From: a bacterium
GTDB taxonomy: Bacteria > UBA8248
Reading direction: 5' to 3'
NCBI GenBank assembly: GCA_965199855.1
Contig: OZ241326.1
Coordinates: forward strand, 2,912,001-2,976,000
DNA length: 64,000 nt
This document shows, piece by piece, positions 29,410 through 37,713 of the stretch (position 1 is its first letter; each line of letters begins with the position of its first letter). The notes beneath the pieces are model-generated. The model saw only the letters and a program-made list of their open reading frames with translations. It had not been told where the DNA came from and made no database searches. The position numbers and the translations under genes were made by a program.

Positions 29410-32400
29410 CTAGAAGCGCAGACCCGCGCTCAGGCGGCCGCCGTAGGTCTCATCGTCGGTGCCCGCGCCGGAGGCGAAAACCTCCCCGCCTAGCGTGAGG
29501 CGTCCCCTGCGCCATTTCGCGCCGAGGCCCATCAGCAGGCGGCTCTTCTCGGCTTCCGCGGCGAGCTTGTGGCCGGAGACCTCGACCTCGGTCTCCTCGC
29601 CGCTCAGAACGCTCCCGTAGTCCACCGAGTAGCGCAGGGAGAGCCCGTCCCCTCCCCCGGCGGGAAGCGTCCGCGTCTCCACGACCAGCCCTCCTCCCGC
29701 CGTCACGCGGGTTCCGTCCAGGAGGCGGAAGCTCGCGCCGACCGCGTCCGTGAAGGAGTCGATCGAGACCCCCGAGCGCGAGATCCAGGCCCTCGGCGCG
29801 AGAACGAGCCTTCGGCCAAGAATCGCCAGGCGCACGCCCGCCTCGGCGTCCAGGGTGAGGACGCTCGCGCTCGCCGCGCGCAGCTTGCCGCGCCTCTTCG
29901 AGGAGAGGTCGGCGTCGTATTCCATGAGGGAGAGGCCGCCGCTCACGTACCAGCCCTCTCCGATATTCCAGGAGAGGCCCGCGCCCAGCCCGACGCCCTC
30001 CAGCTCGATCTCCCCCTCGCCGGAGGGCATGGAGGTCTCGGCCGAGCCCTTCCGGTAGCGGACCGAGAGCGAACCGGCGAGGCCCTCCGCCCAGGGGAAG
30101 CGCGCGCGCAGCCCGGCCTCCGCCCCGTAGGCGGAGAAGTCGTAGTCCGCGCCGGCGGCGGACAGGTCCGTCCCGCGGGAGCCCTGCTCCGTCGAAACCC
30201 GCGCCCAGACGGGCGAGCCCGCCGCGGTCGCCTTGGGCTCCCCCCGCGCGCGGCCGCTCTCCATGCGGAGCAGAAGCCCCGGAAGCGACTCATAGACGCC
30301 CGCGCGGGCGCCCAGGGTCTCGATGGAATTCTCCGGGGAGAACGTCCCGTCCGACCCGGCGCGGAGGGTCAGATCCCACGCGCCGTTGACCAGCCGCATC
30401 CCGTCCGCCGCGCGCGCGCCGTTGACGACCATGATCGTCTCGCCGTCTCCGCCCACGATCCTGCCGCCGACGACGTCCCGCAGCCGGCGGCCGTTGAGCT
30501 CGAGGCTGACGCTGAGCGTCCCGTCGCCCCCGCGAATCGCCACGCCGTTCATCCCGCTGATGACGCCCTCGGCGCCGACCGTGACGGCTCCGCCCCCGTC
30601 AAGGCTCACGGCGCCTATCCGCCCGTCCACGCGCACCTGGCTGGCCGCCAGATGAACCTCGCCCGTCACGACTCCGCCCCGGCGGACGGAGACCCGGTGA
30701 TCGCCGCTTCCCGCGCCCACGATGCTCCCGTCCACCGTGCCGGACACCACGGCCGCGAGGTCGCCCAGCGCGCGAATGTCGCCTTCCACCGTCCCGGCTA
30801 TGGCGACGCTCAGGTCGCCGGCCCCGCTCCGGATCGCGTCCCCGTCTCCCTCCACGCCCGTGAGCCGGCCCGTCTTCGCGACCGTCACCGTCCCGCCGCT
30901 CCCCAGCAGGACGCGCCCGACGCGGCCGCGAATCGTCATCGGGGCGGTCGGGTCGTGGACGGTTCCGTTGATCGCGCCGCCCTCCGGAACCGACACGGTC
31001 AGGTCGCCCGCGCCCATCGTCCGGAGGTCGCCGTTCAGCGTTCCCGATACGAGCGCGCGCAGGTCGCCGTCGTCCAGCACGCGGATGTCGCCCGTCACCG
31101 TTCCGGCCACCAGCGCGACCAGGTCGCTCGCCTTCGGCTCGTAGTCATCGGGCGGCTCCGCGGGCGGGGCGGCGCCGCTCCGGATCGCCTCTCCCTCGAC
31201 GCCCGTGAGCCGGCCCGTTTTCGCGACCGTCACCGTCCCGCCGCTCCCCAGCAGGACGCGCCCGACGCGGCCGTGAACCGTCATCGGGGCGGTCGGGTCG
31301 TGGACGGTTCCGGAGATCGAGCCGCCCTCCGGCACCGTCACCGTCAGAGCGCCCCCGCCCGCCGCGCGAACGTCGCCCACGACCGATCCCGACACGTGCG
31401 CGATCAGGTCGCCTCCGCCCAGCGCCTGAAGGTCGCCCACGACCAATCCCGATACGACCGCGCGCAGGTCGCCCGCGCCCATCGTCTGAAGGTCGCCCGC
31501 GACCTCGCCCGATTCCGATATCACCGCGTCCAGGTCGCCGTCGTCCCGCACGCGGATGTCGCCCACGACCAATCCCGCCACTCCCACGGTCAGGCCGCCC
31601 GCGGCCGGCGCGTAGTCCTCGTCCGCATCCGCGGGCGTGGCGACGCCGCTCGCTATCGCGAGGCCCGAATCCGAGGTCACCCTGCCCGTCGCCCCGATCT
31701 CCACGTGGCCGATGACCCTTTGATCCAGGAAGATGGCGGCGTCCACGTCCTTCTGTCCGCCCTCCGTCTCCACCGTCCCGTGGACGATCACGCGGTCGAC
31801 CGAGTCATTCGAGACCTCGAACCCGGGGGTGCGCCTCATGTAGATGCCGACGATGATGGGATGCAGGGCGTCGTTGGAGCCGTCGTTGTTCGTGTCAATC
31901 GGCCGCCAACCGTAGACCCAGCTTGTCTGGATGTAGAAGTTTCCGAGCCCGAACCGCGCCCGGTATTCCGCGTCCGCCCCCGTGTCGATCTCCGCGCGGA
32001 CGGTCGCGCCCTCGCCCACCCGGACCACCCCGGCGGCGTTCGCGCCGCGCGTGTCGACGTGGATGGCGGTCCCCCCCCGGGTGAGGACCTTGCCGGCCGT
32101 CACGTCGACGAGGTTGCCCTCTATCTCCTCCGTATTCAGGTCGTCTCGCTGCGTGCTGGTCAGACCCCAGTGCGTGGGGTAGATGGCGTGGGCGTGCAGG
32201 GTTTCGACGGTGCCGGAAGACGTGATGCGGATGGCGCCCGCCCCGTCATTCAGGGCGCGGATGCCCACGCCCTGTCTCCCGTGAAGCCCCCGGTTCCTCA
32301 CGGCGGCCCTGATCGTTCCGGCCGCGTTGATCATGATGTCTCCGGTCTGGGGGATGAGGTCTCCGTTCCCTTCTGGTCGCGGGTCCCTGGCGTTGTTGGA

Positions 32401-33528
32401 AGAGGCGTTGACGAAGGCCACGACGGCGGGGGTGCCGCCCCCCTCGGTGATGTCGACCAGCGAGCCCTCGGCCAGATTGATCGTGACGCCGCCCTCATCG
32501 GAGCGGTTCACCCCGAAAACGCCGCCCATGCCCGCGCTCCCCGGGAGGTGGCGGACGACGCCCGTGGCGCCCAGCTCGAGGAGAATGTCGCCGCCGCGGC
32601 GGACGCCGCCGCGGCGGACGCCGTCGGCGCCGAGGACGCTGTCGTCGATCGTGTCCTGCACGATCGCCGTGATGGCGCCGGTGGTGTTGGACTGGTAGGC
32701 GGCGTAGCCGCCCACCACGCGATAGTTGACGTTCAGGACGCCGTCGTGCCGCACCGTGAGGTCGCTCCCCGGGCCCGCTTCCGATTCGACGTAGACGCCG
32801 GTGAGGAGGGTCAAAATGCTTTGAAAGCTTGGGTAAGTCCCGCCCCCCCCGGGCGTCCGCTGGAGGTTGATCACCGCGCCCTCCTCGATGTCCAGGGTCT
32901 TGCCGCCGCCCCGCCACAGGACGATGGCCCCGTCGGCCGGCAGTATGTTCATGTTCGCGCCGCCGGTGGCGGTGAACACGACGCCGCGCGGAATCGTGAG
33001 CCTGACGTTGTTGTCCGCGTTGTTGTTCTCCAGGGTCGTGGTCCTGTCCTCGGGGTTCGGGGTGCCGGTCGTGCCGGGCCCCTGGTTGTAGTGGAGGTGC
33101 CGGTAGTCGGCCGCTCCCTCGGCGGCGGCGGTGTCCGCGCAGGAGATCGTGGTGGTGTAGCGCCCGTTCGCGTCCGGCTCGCCGCTCACCGTCTGCGCGG
33201 GCGCGCAGATCGCCGGCGTCTGCGCCCGCGCCGCGCCCGTCAGGAGCGCGAGAAAGAACCCCAGGGCGAGCGCAGCCGCCCGCGCCCTCACGCCGCGCCC
33301 CCGGCGACGGTTACTTGTCGGTGAGTCGGTGAGTCGGTGAGTCGGTGAGTCGGTGAGTCGGTGAGTCGGTGAGTCGGTGAGTCGGTGAGTCGGTGAGTCG
33401 GTGAGTCGGTGAGTCGGTGAGTCGGTGAGTCGGTGAGTCGGTGAGTCGGTGAGTCGGTGAGTCGGTGAGGGCGCAGTATGCCCCGTCACCGACGGGCGGT
33501 CAAGCGTCACAGAGGCGGCCTCGTCCAT
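29410..33528 (-). CDS. Autotransporter (type Va) adhesin-like protein
   Basis: Signal peptide ...LALLTGAARA|Q; Gly/Val/Thr-rich beta-helix-like passenger; C-terminal barrel starting PVWARV and ending LSAGLRF; SD GAGGGAG ~7 nt before ATG 33528. Confidence 0.9.
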   Translation of the reverse strand: MDEAASVTLDRPSVTGHTAPSPTHRLTDSPTHRLTDSPTHRLTDSPTHRLTDSPTHRLTDSPTHRLTDSPTSNRRRGRGVRARAAALALGFFLALLTGAARAQTPAICAPAQTVSGEPDANGRYTTTISCADTAAAEGAADYRHLHYNQGPGTTGTPNPEDRTTTLENNNADNNVRLTIPRGVVFTATGGANMNILPADGAIVLWRGGGKTLDIEEGAVINLQRTPGGGGTYPSFQSILTLLTGVYVESEAGPGSDLTVRHDGVLNVNYRVVGGYAAYQSNTTGAITAIVQDTIDDSVLGADGVRRGGVRRGGDILLELGATGVVRHLPGSAGMGGVFGVNRSDEGGVTINLAEGSLVDITEGGGTPAVVAFVNASSNNARDPRPEGNGDLIPQTGDIMINAAGTIRAAVRNRGLHGRQGVGIRALNDGAGAIRITSSGTVETLHAHAIYPTHWGLTSTQRDDLNTEEIEGNLVDVTAGKVLTRGGTAIHVDTRGANAAGVVRVGEGATVRAEIDTGADAEYRARFGLGNFYIQTSWVYGWRPIDTNNDGSNDALHPIIVGIYMRRTPGFEVSNDSVDRVIVHGTVETEGGQKDVDAAIFLDQRVIGHVEIGATGRVTSDSGLAIASGVATPADADEDYAPAAGGLTVGVAGLVVGDIRVRDDGDLDAVISESGEVAGDLQTMGAGDLRAVVSGLVVGDLQALGGGDLIAHVSGSVVGDVRAAGGGALTVTVPEGGSISGTVHDPTAPMTVHGRVGRVLLGSGGTVTVAKTGRLTGVEGEAIRSGAAPPAEPPDDYEPKASDLVALVAGTVTGDIRVLDDGDLRALVSGTLNGDLRTMGAGDLTVSVPEGGAINGTVHDPTAPMTIRGRVGRVLLGSGGTVTVAKTGRLTGVEGDGDAIRSGAGDLSVAIAGTVEGDIRALGDLAAVVSGTVDGSIVGAGSGDHRVSVRRGGVVTGEVHLAASQVRVDGRIGAVSLDGGGAVTVGAEGVISGMNGVAIRGGDGTLSVSLELNGRRLRDVVGGRIVGGDGETIMVVNGARAADGMRLVNGAWDLTLRAGSDGTFSPENSIETLGARAGVYESLPGLLLRMESGRARGEPKATAAGSPVWARVSTEQGSRGTDLSAAGADYDFSAYGAEAGLRARFPWAEGLAGSLSVRYRKGSAETSMPSGEGEIELEGVGLGAGLSWNIGEGWYVSGGLSLMEYDADLSSKRRGKLRAASASVLTLDAEAGVRLAILGRRLVLAPRAWISRSGVSIDSFTDAVGASFRLLDGTRVTAGGGLVVETRTLPAGGGDGLSLRYSVDYGSVLSGEETEVEVSGHKLAAEAEKSRLLMGLGAKWRRGRLTLGGEVFASGAGTDDETYGGRLSAGLRF
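33317..33468. repeat. Perfect simple sequence repeat (GTCGGTGA)19 inside the 5' coding region of the autotransporter
   Basis: 152 nt = 19 exact 8-mers; encodes (SPTHRLTD)6-SP. Confidence 0.98.
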
Positions 33529-33602
33529 TTCCATTCTCCCTCGCATTCTTCCGCGTCCTCCCGGATTCCTTATCGACAAAACCCGCTATAAATCACCGAT
33601 GA

Positions 33603-33630
33603 ATTATACGTAAGAGCCGTCGGGACGCAA
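33603..33630 (-). promoter_or_regulatory. sigma70-type promoter of the autotransporter
   Basis: Minus strand TTGCGT-16 nt-TATAAT, ~75 nt upstream of ATG 33528. Confidence 0.6.
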
Positions 33631-33694
33631 GAGGAAAACGGAAGACGGCGTGGATGGCGGTTTTCATCCACGGGCGGGGACGCGGGAGTTGCGC

Positions 33695-35935
33695 CTTCGT
33701 AGGGGCGGTTCGTGAACCGCCCGTCGGATGATCGACCGCCGATCGGGTTCCGCCATGAATCAAAACCCCGGATTCCGCAATCCCTCCGCCTTGTCGGAAT
33801 TGACGCCGCGAATGACGGCCGGGAACGCGGGGGCGTGATTTCGTAGGGGCGCGCCCTCCCCGGGGCCGCCCCACGATTCGGGAACCGCCCGTTGGGGGAT
33901 GGTTGCCTATGGATGATGGGCCGTAGGGGCGGCCCCCGCGGCCGCCCGTTGCGAGGAACAACCGCCGCGCGGGTTCCGCCATGATGAATCAAAACCCTGG
34001 ATTCCGGCCTTCGCCGGAATGACGGCGAAAGGCCAACCCCGGCGTCCCTTCGATCCGACAGGGAACAACATCGAGACGGCGGCGAGGATTTCCCCTCCGC
34101 CGCGCGCCGCCCCGGAATCCCGTCATTCCGGCGAAGGCCGGAATCCAGAACCGGGGCGCGCGGCGGCGAACGGGCGTTCCCGGTCAATCCACGCGCGGGT
34201 TCATGGTTTCGTAGGGACAACCCCTCCCCGGCGCCGCCCCGCGATTCGCGAACCGCCCGTTTTCAGGAAGGGTTCGCGCCACAGGCGGCGGGGCGTTCAC
34301 GAACGCCCCCTGCGGGCGAAATGCGCGAGGGACAACCACAGGGGGTTGTCCCTGCGATTCGCGCCGCGTTCGTGGAGGGCGGACGCGATTCGCCTTCGTA
34401 GGGGCGGCTCGCGAGCCGCCCGTTTTGGGGAAGGATTCGCGCCACAGGCGGCGGGGCGTTCACGAACGCCCCCTGCGGGATGGCGGCGCGGAGCGGGGGA
34501 GCAAATGCGGGCGGATGCGCGCAAACGCCGCGGCCTTGCGAAATACCCCCTCCCGGCGCGTCTTTTTCACACAATCCGTTTATTTTCAATGGGTTGATGT
34601 TTTTTTCGCGCTCCGAAGGGTCTTGAATTTGTCGAAAAAAGGCTGTGAATTTGCGGGATAAAGGCGTGAATTTGTCGGATTTTGTCGAAAACGGGATTGT
34701 TTTCATCATGGCGATGGAGGAGCGCGCGCGGCGCGCCTGCGGAAGCCGCAATCCGGGGGTTGTGGGGCGCGCCTTGACGCCGGCGGGAAAATGACGGATT
34801 CCGCAAACCCTCCTCCGCACCGGAATTGACGACGCGGGAACGGCGCGGAGCGAAAAACGCCCTGACGCGCGCCCTCGCCTTCGTCCTCATCCGCTTCCCG
34901 AAGCCCATGCGTTCGCCTCCTCCCTCTCGCGGCGGATTCTCGCGCATTCTCGGGAAAGCCCCATAACCGCAAATGCGGGCAAATGCGCGATCGATTCCGA
35001 CGGGGCGGAGGAATCGTCCCGACGGGGGCGGTCACAAACCAAACCCTGGATTCCGGCCTTCGCCGGAATGACGGGATTCCGGGGCGGCGCGCGGCGGAGG
35101 GGAAATCCTCGTTGCCGTCTCGATGTCGTTCCCTGTCAGATCGAAGGGACGCCGGGGTTGGCCTTTCGCCGTCATTCCGAGGGACGCCGGGGTTGGTTTT
35201 TCGCCGTCATTCCGGCGAAGGCCGGAATCCAGAACCGGGGCGCGCGGCGGCGAACGGGCGTTCCCGGTCAATCCATGCGCGGGTTCCACCCCCGACGCGC
35301 AGGGACAGGTCGCGACCTGTCCCTACGGGATTTTCGCGCGGCGGAGGCGTCCCGGCGAAGGACAACCACAGGGGGTTGTCCCTACGATTGCCGCAATCGC
35401 CGCGCGCGGCGTCGTCGCCCAATCCCGCGGAACGGGGCGCAAGAATGCGCCCCCTACGGGCGGGGGCGGCAACGGTTCCGTAGGGGCGGCGCCTCCCCGG
35501 GGCCGCCCCACAATTCGTGAATCGCCGTTTTGAAGGAAGACGATCAAAACCCCGGATTCCGGCCTTCGCCGGAATGACGGCCGGGGATACCCCCTCCGCG
35601 CGGGTGGTGATTTTTCCTTTGTAGGGGACGCATATATGCGTCCCGCCCGACGTTTCGCGGGGATGCGGGCTTTGTGGTTTCGTAGGGGCGGCGCCTCCCC
35701 GGGGCCGCCCCACAATTCGTGAACCGCCCGTTTTGGAGGAAGACGATCAAAACCCCGGATTCCGGTCTTCGCCGGAATGACGGCCGGGGATTCCCCCTGC
35801 GGCGGGCGATGCGGGTTTCATGGTTTCGCAGGGGCGGCTCGCGAGCCGCCCGCTTTGGCGGCGTGGGCCGACAACCCGGCGATTGTCCGTTCGGTTGGCG
35901 GGGGCGGGTCGTTCACGAACGACCCCTGCGGGATG
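33695..35935. repeat. Right REP mosaic array
   Basis: CGTC REPs at 33999, 35048, 35554, 35757 and inverted at 34121, 35205; GTAG hairpins at 33699, 33843, 34398, 35480, 35621, 35682; 35041-35286 nearly identical to 28153-28398. Confidence 0.92.
34415..35073 (+). repeat. ~650-bp dispersed element, copy 2
   Basis: Colinear with 27150-27805, same orientation. Confidence 0.9.
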
Positions 35936-36048
35936 GGCGTCCGCCGGCGAGCGGATTGCCAAACCGCCCCTCCCTTCTATATCTTGGCGAGAGGGAGCAG
36001 CCTTTCGACGCCGAGCCATTCAAAGCCCGTCGGGGCCCGGGAAGCGGA

Positions 36049-36786
36049 ATGCCCAGCGAAACGGCCTCGACGGCCGCCAGAAGACGAAAAGTCCTGAGGC
36101 TCGCGGACAGGCTGTCCGCCCGCTTCGGGAAGCCCGGGCGCGCCGGGCGCGGCGACCTCCTGGACGCCCTGGTCGAAACCCTCCTCTCGCAAAGCACGAC
36201 CGACCACAACCGGGACATCGCGTTTCGCTCCCTGAAAAAGACCTTCGCCGACTGGGAGGAGGTCGCCGACGCGCCCCAAGGGGAGATCGCCCGGGCGATC
36301 CGCTCCGCCGGGCTGGGGAACCAGAAGGCCGGACGCATCCGGGACTTCCTCAGACGGCTCCGGGAGGACCGGGAGCGGCTCTCCCTGGAATTCCTGCACC
36401 GCGAGCCGGACGACTTCGCCGTGCGGTATCTCACCCGGCACAAGGGCGTCGGCGTCAAAACCGCCTACGTCGCCCTGATGCTGGCCTCGAACCGGGACCT
36501 GTTCGCCATCGACGTCCACATCCACCGAATCATGATCCGGCTGGGCGTCATCGGCGAGAAGACCACCCCCGAGAAATCCCACGCGGAACTGGCGCCTCTC
36601 GTCCCGAAGGGACGCGCCCGCGAACTGCACGTGAACATGCTGCGCTTCGGCCGAACCATCTGCGCCGCCCGAAGCCCCAAATGCGGCGAATGCGACCTGC
36701 GGCGCATGTGCCGCTACTACCGGGAGACGCGCCCGGGGAGGCGCGCGGCCGGAGAGGCGCCCGCTTCCCGAAAGCCCGCCGAATGA
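36049..36786 (+). CDS. nth: Endonuclease III / HhH-GPD DNA glycosylase
   Basis: LLSQSTTD, GVGVKTA HhH, IDVHIHR, C-x6-C-x2-C-x5-C FeS motif. Confidence 0.85.
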   Translation: MPSETASTAARRRKVLRLADRLSARFGKPGRAGRGDLLDALVETLLSQSTTDHNRDIAFRSLKKTFADWEEVADAPQGEIARAIRSAGLGNQKAGRIRDFLRRLREDRERLSLEFLHREPDDFAVRYLTRHKGVGVKTAYVALMLASNRDLFAIDVHIHRIMIRLGVIGEKTTPEKSHAELAPLVPKGRARELHVNMLRFGRTICAARSPKCGECDLRRMCRYYRETRPGRRAAGEAPASRKPAE

Positions 36787-37682
36787 TGAAGTGGGTTCAG
36801 CTGATCGGCCCCGGAGAGACGCTGGCGATCGCCTCCTCCATCACGTTCTCCGTGGCGCAGACCCTTCTCCGGCAAGGGATGCGAAGCGTGTCCCCGCTGG
36901 CAACCGCCCTGATCATCAACGGCGTCGTCAGCCTGGGCGGATTCGCCATATCCCTCGGCAAAGGCACGCTCCTCGCCTCGAAGCCCGAAGCCCTCTTCTG
37001 GTACGCCGCCGTGGGCGTCACCGGCCCGACCATCGGGAGATACTGCTATCTGACGGGCGTCGCCCGCATGGGGCTGAGCCGGACCGTGCCCATATCCTCC
37101 GCGGCGCCCATCTGGGGCACCTTCCTCGCGGTGGCGTTCCTGGGCGAGGCGCCGACGGCGATGGTCGCGCTCGGCACCCTCGGCATCGTCATCGGCGTAT
37201 CCATGCTGGGCGTCCAGGAGGACAAGTCCGAATCCTTCAGGAGCTGGTTCCAGGGGGCGCTGGTGTTCCCGCTCGCCGCCTCGCTCGCCTACGCGGCGGC
37301 GCCCATCTTCGCCAAGCTCGCCTACGCGCATCAGACGACGCCCGGCGTCGGCATGGCGGTATCCTTCGCCACGGCGAACGTCCTCCTTCTCCTCGCCAGG
37401 CCGATCCTGCCCGGCCAGCGGGACATTCGCGGAGACCGAAAAGGCCTCCTGTGGGTGGGAGGCGCGGGCCTCATCGGCGTCTGCAGCTCCTACATGCTCT
37501 GGACGGCCTTCACCATGGCGAGCGTGTCCACCGCCCTGCCCCTGAGCCGAATCGCGCCGATCTGGGTGCTGATTCTGAGCTACTTCTTCCTGGGCAAGCT
37601 CGAAACGATCAACCGCAGGACCGTCATGGCCACGATTTGCGTGGTCGCGGGCGGCGTTCTCATCACGGCCTTCAGGGGCTGA
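36783..37682 (+). CDS. DMT/EamA family transporter
   Basis: ~10 TM helices, two EamA repeats (FLGE/FLGK). Confidence 0.85.
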   Translation: MMKWVQLIGPGETLAIASSITFSVAQTLLRQGMRSVSPLATALIINGVVSLGGFAISLGKGTLLASKPEALFWYAAVGVTGPTIGRYCYLTGVARMGLSRTVPISSAAPIWGTFLAVAFLGEAPTAMVALGTLGIVIGVSMLGVQEDKSESFRSWFQGALVFPLAASLAYAAAPIFAKLAYAHQTTPGVGMAVSFATANVLLLLARPILPGQRDIRGDRKGLLWVGGAGLIGVCSSYMLWTAFTMASVSTALPLSRIAPIWVLILSYFFLGKLETINRRTVMATICVVAGGVLITAFRG

Positions 37683-37713
37683 CCCCACGGCGCCGGGACG
37701 CGCGGCGAACCTC

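Noticed and set aside
30700-31600. Diversity-generating retroelement TR/VR pair
   Set aside because: The duplicated blocks are in-frame stalk repeats without an evident adenine-only mismatch pattern, and there is no reverse transcriptase.
33317-33468. Telomere-like, Chi/KOPS-like or purely artefactual repeat
   Set aside because: It is a single tract positioned in frame at the 5' end of a surface gene, so phase variation is simpler; the exact unit count may still be assembly-dependent.
27115-35935. CRISPR array
   Set aside because: Repeats occur in both orientations at irregular spacing, spacers are themselves repeated, and no cas genes are present; this fits REP mosaics.
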